Source: Eledone cirrhosa (Eukaryota). Taken from it: a DNA stretch of 64,000 nucleotides. Under the pieces are notes generated by a model. The model was not told the origin of the DNA. It ran no database searches and saw only the letters and a program-made list of their open reading frames with translations. Below are positions 52,740 to 64,000 of this stretch, piece after piece (the stretch's first letter is position 1; every line of letters begins with the position of its first letter). The stretch covers positions 18,724,001 through 18,788,000 of the forward strand of contig OZ024752.1 of NCBI GenBank assembly GCA_964016885.1, written 5' to 3'. A program made the position numbers and the translations under genes.

Positions 52740-55700
52740 ATAAAAAGTGGACAGCCCACACTGTAAAGTGGTTGTGTAGGTGTTATAATAAAAAGTGGAC
52801 AGCCCACAGTGTAAAGTGGTTATGTAGGTGTTATAATAAAAAGTGGACAGCCCACACTGTAAAGTGGTTGTGTAGGTGTTATAATAAAAAGTGGACAGCC
52901 CACACTGTAGAGTGGTTATGTAGGTGTTATAATAAAAAGTGGACAGCCCACACTGTAAAGTGGTTGTGTAGGTGTTATAATAAAAAGTGTACAGCCCACA
53001 CTGTAAAGTGGTTGTGTAGGTGTTATAATAAAAAGTGGACAGCCCACACTGTAAAGTGGTTGTGTAGGTGTTATAATAAAAAGTGGACAGCCCACACTGT
53101 AAAGTGGTTGTGTAGGTGTTATAATAAAAAGTGGACAGCCCACACTGTAAAGTGGTTGTGTAGGTGTTATAATAAAAAGTGGACAGCCCACACTGTAAAG
53201 TAGTCATGTAGGTGTTATAATAAAAAGTGGACAGCCCACACTGTAAAGTAGTCATGTAGGTGTTATAATAAAAAGTGGACAGCCCACACTGTAAAGTAGT
53301 CATGTAGGTGTTATAATAAAAAGTGGACAGCCCACACTGTAAAGTGGTTGTGTAGGTGTTATAATAAAAAGTGGACAGCCCACACTGTAAAGTAGTCATG
53401 TAGGTGTTATAATAAAAAGTGGACAGCCCACACTGTAAAGTAGTCATGTAGGTGTTATAATAAAAAGTGGATAGCCCACACTGTAAAGTAGTCATGTAGG
53501 TGTTATAATAAAAAGTGGACAGCCCACACAGTAAAGTAGTCATGTAGGTGTTATAATAAAAGGTGGATAGCCCACACTGTAAAGTGGTTGTGTAGGTGTT
53601 ATAATAAAAAGTGGACAGCCCACAATGTAAAGTGGTCATGTAGCTGTTATAGTAAAAAGTGGACAGCCCACACTGTAAAGTGGTCATGTAGGTGTTATAA
53701 TAAAAAGTGGACAGCCCACACAGTAAAGTAGTCATGTAGGTGTTATAATAAAAAGTGGATAGCCCACACTGTAAAGTGGTTGTGTAGGTGTTATAATAAA
53801 AAGTGGACAGCCCACAATGTAAAGTGGTCATGTAGGTGTTATAGTAAAAAGTGGACAGCCCACACTGTAAAGTGGTCATGTAGGTGTTATAATAAAAAGT
53901 GGACAGCCCACACAGTAAAGTAGTCATGTAGGTGTTATAATAAAAAGTGGACAGCCCACACAGTAAAGTAGTCATGTAGGTGTTATAATAAAAAGTGGAT
54001 AGCCCACACTGTAAAGTGGTTGTGTAGGTGTTATAATAAAAAGTGGACAGCCCACACAGTAAAGTAGTCATGTAGGTGTTATAATAAAATGTGGACAGCC
54101 CACACAGTAAAGTATTCATGTAGGTGTTATAATAAAAAGTGGACAGCCCACACTGTAAAGTGGTCATGTAGGTGTTATAATAAAAAGTGGACAGCCCACA
54201 CAGTAAAGTAGTCATGCAGGTGTTATAATAAAAAGTGGACAGCCCACACAGTAAAGTAGTCATGTAGGTGTTATAATAAAAAGTGGACAGCCCACACAGT
54301 AAAGTAGTCATGTAGGTGTTATAATAAAAAGTGGATAGCCCACACAGTAAAGTAGTCATGTAGGTGTTATAATAAAAGGTGGACAGCCCACACTGTAAAG
54401 TGGTTGTGTAGGTGTTATAATAAAAAGTGGACAGCCCACACTGTAAAGTAGTCATGTAGGTGTTATAATAAAAAGTGGATAGCCCACATAGTAAAGTAGT
54501 CATGTAGGTGTTATAATAAAAAGTGGATAGCCCACATAGTAAAGTAGTCATGTAGGTGTTATAATAAAATGTGGACAGCCCACACTGTAAAGTGGTCATG
54601 TAGGTGTTATAATAAAAAGTGGACAGCCCACACTGTAAAGTGGTCATGTAGGTGTTATAATAAAAAGTGGACAGCCCACACAGTAAAGTAGTCATGTAGG
54701 TGTTATAATAAAAAGTGGACAGCCCACACTGTAAAGTGGTCATGTAGGTGTTATAATAAAAAGTGGACAGCCCACATAGTAAAGTGGTCATGTAGGTGTT
54801 ATAATAAAAAGTGGACAGTCCACACTGTAAAGTAGTCATGTAGGTGTTATAATAAAAAGTGGATAGCCCACATAGCAAAGTAGTCATGTAGGTGTTATAA
54901 TAAAAAGTGGACAGCCCACACAGTAAAGTAGTCATGTAGGTGTTATAATAAAAAGTGGACAGCCCACACAGTAAAGTAGTCATGTAGGTGTTATAATAAA
55001 AAGTGGACAGCCCACACAGTAAAGTAGTCATGTAGGCGTTATAATAAAAAGTGGACAGCCCACACAGTAAAGTAGTCATGTAGGCGTTATGATAAAAAGT
55101 GGATAGCCCACACAGTAAAGTAGTCATGTAGGTGTTATAATAAAAAGTGGACAGTCCACACTGTAAAGTAGTCATGTAGGTGTTATAATAAAAAGTGGAC
55201 AGCCCACACTGTAAAGTGGTTATGTAGGTGTTATAATAAAAAGTGGACAGCCCACACTGTAAAGTGGTTGTGTAGGTGTTATAATAAAAAGTGGACAGCC
55301 CACACTGTAAAGTGGTTGTGTAGGTGTTATAATAAAAAGTGGACAGCCCACACTGTAAAATGGTTGTGTAGGTGTTATAATAAAAAGTAGACAGCCAACA
55401 CTGTAAAGTGGTCATGTAGGTGTTATAATAAAAAGTGGACAGTCCACACTGTAAAGTGGTTATGTAGGTGTTATAATAAAAAGTGGACAGTCCACACTGT
55501 AAAATAGTCATGTAGGTGTTATAATAAAAAGTGGACAGCCCACACTGTAAAGTGGTTGTGTAGGTGTTATAATAAAAAGTGGACAGCCCACACTGTAAAG
55601 TGGTTATGTAGGTGTTATAATAAAAAGTGGACAGCCCACACTGTAAAGTGGTTGTGTAGGTGTTATAATAAAAAGTGGACAGCCCACACTGTAGAGTGGT

Positions 55701-58067
55701 TGTGTAGGTGTTATAATAAAAAGTGGACAGCCCACACTGTAAAGTGGTTGTGTAGGTGTTATAATAAAAAGTGGACAGCCCACACTGTAAAGTGGTTGTG
55801 TAGGTGTTATAATAAAAAGTGGACAGCCCACACTGTAAAGTGGTTGTGTAGGTGTTATAATAAAAAATGGACAGCCCACACTGTAAAGTGGTTGTGTAGG
55901 TGTTATAATAAAAAGTGGACAGCCCACACAGTAAAGTAGTCATGTAGGTGTTATAATAAAAAGTGGATAGCCCACACTGTAAAGTGGTTGTGTAGGTGTT
56001 ATAATAAAAAGAGGACAGCCCACAATGTAAAGTGGTCATGTAGGTGTTATAGTAAAAAGTGGACAGCCCACACTGTAAAGTGGTCATGTAGGTGTTATAA
56101 TAAAAAGTGGACAGCCCACACAGTAAAGTAGTCATGTAGGTGTTATAATAAAAAGTGGATAGCCCACACTGTAAAGTGGTTGTGTAGGTGTTATAATAAA
56201 AAGTGGACAGCCCACAATGTAAAGTAGTCATGTAGGTGTTATAATAAAAAGTGGACAGCCCACACTGTAAAGTGGTTGTGTAGGTGTTATAATAAAAAGT
56301 GGACAGCCCACACTGTAAAGTAGTCATGTAGGTGTTATAATAAAAACTGGATAGCCCACATAGTAAAGTAGTCATGTAGGTGTTATAATAAAAAGTGGAT
56401 AGCCCACATAGTAAAGTAGTCATGTAGGTGTTATAATAAAAAGTGGACAGCCCACACTTTAAAGTAGTCATGTAGGTGTTATAATAAAAAGTGGACAGCC
56501 CACATAGTAAAGTGGTCATGTAGGTGTTATAATAAAAAATGGACAGCCCACACTGTAAAGTGGTTGTGTAGGTGTTATAATAAAAAGTGGACAGCCCACA
56601 CTGTAAAGTAGTCATGTAGGTGTTATAATAAAAAGTGGACAGCCCACACTGTAAAGTAGTCATGTAGGTGTTATAATAAAAAGTGGACAGCCCACACTGT
56701 AAAGTAGTCATGTAGGTGTTATAATAAAAAGTGGACAGCCCACACTGTAAAGTGGTTGTGTAGGTGTTACAATAAAAAGTGGACAGCCCACACTGTAAAG
56801 TAGTCATGTAGGTGTTATAATAAAAAGTGGACAGCCCACACTGTAAAGTAGTCATGTAGGTGTTATAATAAAAAGTGGATAGCCCACACTGTAAAGTAGT
56901 CATGTAGGTGTTATAATAAAAAGTGGACAGCCCACACAGTAAAGTAGTCATGTAGGTGTTATAATAAAAAGTGGATAGCCCACACTGTAAAGTGGTTGTG
57001 TAGGTGTTATAATAAAAAGTGGACAGCCCACAATGTAAAGTGGTCATGTAGGTGTTATAGTAAAAAGTGGACAGCCCACACTGTAAAGTGGTCATGTAGG
57101 TGTTATAATAAAAAGTGGACAGCCCACACAGTAAAGTAGTCATGTAGGTGTTATAATAAAAAGTGGATAGCCCACACTGTAAAGTGGTTGTGTAGGTGTT
57201 ATAATAAAAAGTGGACAGCCCACAATGTAAAGTAGTCATGTAGGTGTTATAATAAAAAGTGGACAGCCCACACTGTAAAGTGGTTGTGTAGGTGTTATAA
57301 TAAAAAGTGGACAGCCCACACTGTAAAGTAGTCATGTAGGTGTTATAATAAAAACTGGATAGCCCACATAGTAAAGTAGTCATGTAGGTGTTATAATAAA
57401 AAGTGGATAGCCCACATAGTAAAGTAGTCATGTAGGTGTTATAATAAAAAGTGGACAGCCCACACTGTAAAGTGGTCATGTAGGTGTTATAATAAAAAGT
57501 GGACAGCCCACATAGTAAAGTGGTCATGTAGGTGTTATAATAAAAAGTGGACAGCCCACACTGTAAAGTGGTCATGTAGGTGTTATAATAAAAAGTGGAC
57601 AGCCCACACAGTAAAGTAGTCATGTAGGTGTTATAATAAAAAGTGGACAGCCCACACTGTAAAGTGGTCATGTAGGTGTTATAATAAAAAGTGGACAGCC
57701 CACATAGTAAAGTGGTCATGTAGGTGTTATAATAAAAAGTGGACAGTCCACACTGTAAAGTAGTCATGTAGGTGTTATAATAAAAAGTGGATAGCCCACA
57801 TAGTAAAGTAGTCATGTAGGTGTTATAATAAAAAGTGGACAGCCAACACAGTAAAGTAGTCATGTAGGTGTTATAATAAAAAGTGGATAGCCCACATAGT
57901 AAAGTGGTCATGTAGGTGTTATAATAAAAAGTGGACAGTCCACATTGTAAAGTAGTCATGTAGGTGTTATAATAAAAAGTGGACAGCCCACACAGTAAAG
58001 TAGTCATGTAGGTGTTATAATAAAAAGTGGACAGTCCACACTGTAAAGTAGTCATGTAGGTGTTATA
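52740..58067. repeat. 111-monomer (~5.33-kb) block, copy 2 (matches 39588-44915)
   Basis: Same order of rare variants as copy 1 at offset 13152, with only scattered private substitutions. Confidence 0.88.
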
Positions 58068-58883
58068 ATAAAAAGTGGACAGTCCACACTGTAAAGTAGT
58101 TATGTAGGTGTTATAATAAAAAGTGGACAGTCCACACTGTAATGTAGTCATGTAGGTGTTATAATAAAAAGTGGACAGTCCACACTGTAAAGTAGTCATG
58201 TAGGTGTTATAATAAAAAGTGGACAGCCCACACAGTAAAGTAGTCATGTAGGTGTTATAATAAAAAGTGGAGAGCCCACACTGTAAAGTAGTCATGTAGG
58301 TGTTATAATAAAAAGTGGACAGCCCACACAGTAAAGTAGTCATGTAGGTGTTATAATAAAAAGTGGACAGTCCACACTGTAAAGTAGTCATGTAGGTGTT
58401 ATAATAAAAAGTGGAGAGCCCACACTGTAAAGTAGTCATGTAGGTGTTATAATAAAAAGTGGACAGCCCACAGTGTAAAGTGGTCATGTAGGTGTTATAA
58501 TAAAAAGTGGACAATCCACACTGTAAAGTAGTCATGTAGGTGTTATAATAAAAAGTGGACAGCCCACAGTGTAAAGTGGTCATGTAGGTGTTATAATAAA
58601 AAGTGGACAGCCCACACTATAAAGTAGTCATGTAGGTGTTATAATAAAAAGTGGACAGTCCACACTGTAAAGTAGTCATGTAGGTGTTATAATAAAAAGT
58701 GGACAGCCCACACAGTAAAGTAGTCATGTAGGTGTTATAATAAAAAGTGGACAGCCCACACAGTAAAGTGGTCATGTAGGTGTTATAATAAAAAGTGGAC
58801 AGCCCACACAGTAAAGTAGTCATGTAGGTGTTATAATAAAAAGTAGATAGCCCACACTGTAAAGTGGTTGTGTAGGTGTTATA

Positions 58884-61800
58884 ATAAAAAGTGGACAGCC
58901 CACACTGTAAAGTAGTCATGTAGGTGTTATAATAAAAAGTGGACAGCCCTCTCAGTAAAGTAGTCATGTAGGTGTTATAATTAAAAGTGGACAGCCCACA
59001 CTGTAAAGTGGTCATGTAGGTGTTATAATAAAAAGTGGATAGCCCACACTGTAAAGTAGTCATGTAGGTGTTATAATAAAAAGTGGACAGCCCACACAGT
59101 AAAGTAGTCATGTAGGTGTTATAATAAAAAGTGGACAGTCCACACAGTAAAGTAGTCATGTAGGTGTTATAATAAAAAGTGGACAGCCCACACTGTAAAG
59201 TGGTCATGTAGGTGTTATAATAAAAAGTGGACAGCCCACACTGTAAAGTGGTCATGTAGGTGTTATAATAAAAAGTGGACAGCCCACACTGTAAAGTGGT
59301 CATGTAGGTGTTATAATAAAAAGTGGACAGCCCACACTGTAAAGTGGTCATGTAAGTGTTATAATAAAAAGTGGATAGCCCACACTGTAAAGTGGTTGTG
59401 TAGGTGTTATAATAAAAAGTGGACAGCCCACACTGTAAAGTAGTCATGTAGGTGTTATAATAAAAAGTGGACAGCCCACACTGTAAAGTGGTCATGTAGG
59501 TGTTATAATAAAAAGTGGACAGCCCACATAGTAAAGTGGTCATGTAGGTGTTATAATAAAAAGTTGACAGTCCACAGTGTAAAGTAGTCATGTAGGTGTT
59601 ATAATAAAATTGGATAGCCCACATAGTAAAGTAGTCATGTAGGTGTTATAATAAAAAGTGGACAGCCCACACAGTAAAGTAGTCATGTAGGTGTTATAAT
59701 AAAAAGTGGATAGCCCACATAGTAAAGTGGTCATGTAGGTGTTATAATAAAAAGTGGAAAGTCCACACTGTAAAGTAGTCATGTAGGTGTTAAAATAAAA
59801 AGTGGATAGCCCACATAGTAAAGTGGTCATGTAGGTGTTATAATAAAAAGTGGACAGTCCACACTGTAAAGTAGTCATGTAGGTGTTATAATAAAAAGTG
59901 GACAGCCCACACAGTAAAGTAGTCATGTAGGTGTTATAATAAAAAGTGGACAGTCCACACTGTAAAGTAGTCATGTAGGTGTTATAATAAAAAGTGGACA
60001 GTCCACACTGTAAAGTAGTTATGTAGGTGTTATAATAAAAAGTGGACAGTCCACACTGTAAAGTAGTCATGTAGGTGTTATAATAAAAAGTGGAGAGCCC
60101 ACACTGTAAAGTAGTCATGTAGGTGTTATAATAAAAAGTGGACAGCCCACACAGTAAAGTAGTCATGTAGGTGTTATAATAAAAAGTGGACAGTCCACAC
60201 TGTAAAGTAGTCATGTAGGTGTTATAATAAAAAGTGGAGAGCCCACACTGTAAAGTAGTCATGTAGGTGTTATAATAAAAAGTGGACAGCCCACAGTGTA
60301 AAGTGGTCATGTAGGTGTTATAATAAAAAGTGGACAGTCCACACTGTAAAGTAGTCATGTAGGTGTTATAATAAAAAGTGGACAGCCCACAGTGTAAAGT
60401 GGTCATGTAGGTGTTATAATAAAAAGTGGACAGCCCACACTATAAAGTAGTCATGTAGGTGTTATAATAAAAAGTGGACAGTCCACACTGTAAAGTAGTC
60501 ATGTAGGTGTTATAATAAAAAGTGGACAGCCCACACAGTAAAGTAGTCATGTAGGTGTTATAATAAAAAGTGGACAGCCCACACAGTAAAGTGGTCATGT
60601 AGGTGTTATAATAAAAAGTGGACAGCCCACACAGTAAAGTAGTCATGTAGGTGTTATAATAAAAAGTGGACAGTCCACACTGTAAAGTAGTCATGTAGGT
60701 GTTATAATAAAAAGTGGACAGCCCACACTGTAAAGTGGTTATGTAGGTGTTATAATAAAAAGTGGACAGCCCACACTGTAAAGTGGTTGTGTAGGTGTTA
60801 TAATAAAAAGTGGACAGCCCACACTGTAAAGTGGTTGTGTAGGTGTTATAATAAAAAGTGGACAGCCCACACTGTAAAATAGTTGTGTAGGTGTTATAAT
60901 AAAAAGTAGACAGTCCACACTGTAAAGTGGTCATGTAGGTGTTATAATAAAAAGTGGACAGTCCACACTGTAAAGTGGCTATGTAGGTGTTATAATAAAA
61001 AGTGGACAGTCCACACTGTAAAATAGTCATGTAGGTGTTATAATAAAAAGTGGACAGCCCACACTGTAAAGTGGTTGTGTAGGTGTTATAATAAAAAGTG
61101 GACAGCCCACACTGTAAAGTAGTCATGTAGGTGTTATAATAAAAAGTGGACAGCCCTCTCAGTAAAGTAGTCATGTAGGTGTTATAATTAAAAGTGGACA
61201 GCCCACACTGTAAAGTGGTCATGTAGGTGTTATAATAAAAAGTGGATAGCCCACACTGTAAAGTAGTCATGTAGGTGTTATAATAAAAAGTGGACAGCCC
61301 ACACAGTAAAGTAGTCATGTAGGTGTTATAATAAAAAGTGGACAGTCCACACAGTAAAGTAGTCATGTAGGTGTTATAATAAAAAGTGGACAGCCCACAC
61401 TGTAAAGTGGTCATGTAGGTGTTATAATAAAAAGTGGACAGCCCACACTGTAAAGTGGTCATGTAGGTGTTATAATAAAAAGTGGACAGCCCACACTGTA
61501 AAGTGGTCATGTAGGTGTTATAATAAAAAGTGGACAGCCCACACTGTAAAGTGGTCATGTAAGTGTTATAATAAAAAGTGGATAGCCCACACTGTAAAGT
61601 GGTTGTGTAGGTGTTATAATAAAAAGTGGACAGCCCACACTGTAAAGTAGTCATGTAGGTGTTATAATAAAAAGTGGACAGCCCACACTGTAAAGTGGTC
61701 ATGTAGGTGTTATAATAAAAAGTGGACAGCCCACATAGTAAAGTGGTCATGTAGGTGTTATAATAAAAAGTTGACAGTCCACAGTGTAAAGTAGTCATGT

Positions 61801-63297
61801 AGGTGTTATAATAAAATTGGATAGCCCACATAGTAAAGTAGTCATGTAGGTGTTATAATAAAAAGTGGACAGCCCACACAGTAAAGTAGTCATGTAGGTG
61901 TTATAATAAAAAGTGGATAGCCCACATAGTAAAGTGGTCATGTAGGTGTTATAATAAAAAGTGGAAAGTCCACACTGTAAAGTAGTCATGTAGGTGTTAA
62001 AATAAAAAGTGGATAGCCCACATAGTAAAGTGGTCATGTAGGTGTTATAATAAAAAGTGGACAGTCCACACTGTAAAGTAGTCATGTAGGTGTTATAATA
62101 AAAAGTGGACAGCCCACACAGTAAAGTAGTCATGTAGGTGTTATAATAAAAAGTGGACAGTCCACACTGTAAAGTAGTCATGTAGGTGTTATAATAAAAA
62201 GTGGACAGTCCACACTGTGAAGTAGTTATGTAGGTGTTATAATAAAAAGTGGACAGTCCACACTGTAAAGTAGTCATGTAGGTGTTATAATAAAAAGTGG
62301 AGAGCCCACACTGTAAAGTAGTCATGTAGGTGTTATAATAAAAAGTGGACAGCCCACACAGTAAAGTAGTCATGTAGGTGTTATAATAAAAAGTGGACAG
62401 TCCACACTGTAAAGTAGTCATGTAGGTGTTATAATAAAAAGTGGAGAGCCCACACTGTAAAGTAGTCATGTAGGTGTTATAATAAAAAGTGGACAGCCCA
62501 CAGTGTAAAGTGGTCATGTAGGTGTTATAATAAAAAGTGGACAGTCCACACTGTAAAGTAGTCATGTAGGTGTTATAATAAAAAGTGGACAGCCCACAGT
62601 GTAAAGTGGTCATGTAGGTGTTATAATAAAAAGTGGACAGCCCACACTATAAAGTAGTCATGTAGGTGTTATAATAAAAAGTGGACAGTCCACACTGTAA
62701 AGTAGTCATGTAGGTGTTATAATAAAAAGTGGACAGCCCACACAGTAAAGTAGTCATGTAGGTGTTATAATAAAAAGTGGACAGCCCACACAGTAAAGTG
62801 GTCATGTAGGTGTTATAATAAAAAGTGGACAGCCCACACAGTAAAGTAGTCATGTAGGTGTTATAATAAAAAGTGGACAGTCCACACTGTAAAGTAGTCA
62901 TGTAGGTGTTATAATAAAAAGTGGACAGCCCACACTGTAAAGTGGTTATGTAGGTGTTATAATAAAAAGTGGACAGCCCACACTGTAAAGTGGTTGTGTA
63001 GGTGTTATAATAAAAAGTGGACAGCCCACACTGTAAAGTGGTTGTGTAGGTGTTATAATAAAAAGTGGACAGCCCACACTGTAAAATAGTTGTGTAGGTG
63101 TTATAATAAAAAGTAGACAGTCCACACTGTAAAGTGGTCATGTAGGTGTTATAATAAAAAGTGGACAGTCCACACTGTAAAGTGGCTATGTAGGTGTTAT
63201 AATAAAAAGTGGACAGTCCACACTGTAAAATAGTCATGTAGGTGTTATAATAAAAAGTGGACAGCCCACACTGTAAAGTGGTTGTGTAGGTGTTATA
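58884..63297. repeat. Tandem duplication of a 46-monomer (2207-bp) block containing a 1-bp deletion
   Basis: CCCTCTCAG, ATAATTAAAA, GTTAAAATA, GGAGAG, the 47-bp ATAAAATTGG monomer (59604/61811) and CTATAAAG (60442/62649) recur at +2207 (46x48-1). Confidence 0.9.
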
Positions 63298-64000
63298 ATA
63301 AAAAGTGGACAGCCCACACTGTAAAGTGGTTATGTAGGTGTTATAATAAAAAGTGGACAGCCCACACTGTAAAGTGGTTGTGTAGGTGTTATAATAAAAA
63401 GTGGACAGCCCACACTGTAGAGTGGTTATGTAGGTGTTATAATAAAAAGTGGACAGCCCACACTGTAAAGTGGTTGTGTAGGTGTTATAATAAAAAGTGG
63501 ACAGCCCACACTGTAAAGTGGTTGTGTAGGTGTTATAATAAAAAGTGGACAGCCCACACTGTAAAGTGGTTGTGTAGGTGTTATAATAAAAAGTGGACAG
63601 CCCACACTGTAAAGTGGTTGTGTAGGTGTTATAATAAAAAATGGACAGCCCACACTGTAAAGTGGTTGTGTAGGTGTTATAATAAAAAGTGGACAGCCCA
63701 CACTGTAAAGTAGTCATGTAGGTGTTATAATAAAAAGTGGACAGCCCACACTGTAAAGTAGTCATGTAGGTGTTATAATAAAAAGTGGACAGCCCACACT
63801 GTAAAGTAGTCATGTAGGTGTTATAATAAAAAGTGGACAGCCCACACTGTAAAGTGGTTGTGTAGGTGTTACAATAAAAAGTGGACAGCCCACACTGTAA
63901 AGTAGTCATGTAGGTGTTATAATAAAAAGTGGACAGCCCACACTGTAAAGTAGTCATGTAGGTGTTACAATAAAAAGTGGATAGCCCACACTGTAAAGTA

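Larger units (their letters stand above)
1..64000. repeat. 48-bp tandem satellite array (~1333 monomers), open at both window edges
   Basis: Seen directly: ATAAAAAGTGGACAGCCCACACTGTAAAGTAGTCATGTAGGTGTTATA repeats head-to-tail throughout, typically with 0-4 substitutions per copy. The main variable sites are monomer positions 13, 16, 23, 31 and 34-35. The first monomer starts at 1 and the last partial one at 63970. The phase shift of -15 bp equals the sum of the 13 indels observed. Confidence 0.99.

Noticed and set aside
2188-63713. Short ORFs (CRCYNKKWTAHTVKW)n on + and (GCPLFIITPTQPLYSV)n on -
   Set aside because: They appear only where runs of G31 or TG-type monomers remove a stop codon. 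They are useful as block markers but are not genes, and the Cys/His content does not form a zinc-finger pattern.
46-63957. Long minus-strand ORFs (MTTL[Q/L]CGLSTFYYNTY)n as CDS calls
   Set aside because: They follow automatically from a 48-bp unit with one stop-free frame and an ATG in most copies. ORF ends coincide with random stops and indels, some copied repeatedly. There are no unique termini or recognisable domains. Retained only as a testable finding.
1-64000. CRISPR array
   Set aside because: There are no unique spacers: the entire 48 bp is repeated, and no leader or cas genes are present.
1-64000. Telomeric repeat, G-quadruplex array or fungal RIP signature
   Set aside because: There is no telomere-like short unit and only one GGG run per monomer (minus strand). 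CA>TA and TG>TA changes occur, but most CA/TG sites remain intact, unlike RIP-mutated repeats.
1-64000. Information-bearing 'code' or programmed cassette diversification in the order of monomer variants
   Set aside because: The order is adequately explained by nested block duplications and point mutation. No recombinase, reverse transcriptase or expression site is present in the window.

Overview
The whole 64-kb window lies inside one head-to-tail tandem array (satellite DNA) of a 48-bp monomer, consensus ATAAAAAGTGGA(C/T)AG(C/T)CCACAC(T/A)GTAAAGT(A/G)GT(CA/TG/TA)TGTAGGTGTTATA, about 37.5% GC. Tracking the phase gives 1333 complete monomers plus 31 bp, all in one orientation, with 13 small indels (net -15 bp). 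I found no unique sequence, gene, RNA gene, mobile element or CRISPR spacer. The huge minus-strand 'ORFs' (MTTLQCGLSTFYYNTY)n arise because 48 is divisible by 3 and one frame has no stop codon; they are broken by stops and frameshifts that were copied along with the array. The informative structure is in the variants: irregular nested block duplications (16, 17, 44, 46, 68, ~90-101 and 111 monomers), regional variant domains, four-state dinucleotide sites resembling CpG decay, variants that perfect internal dyads, and a mild apparent excess of synonymous changes. I cannot name the organism or satellite family, and the sequence does not support a new multi-gene system.
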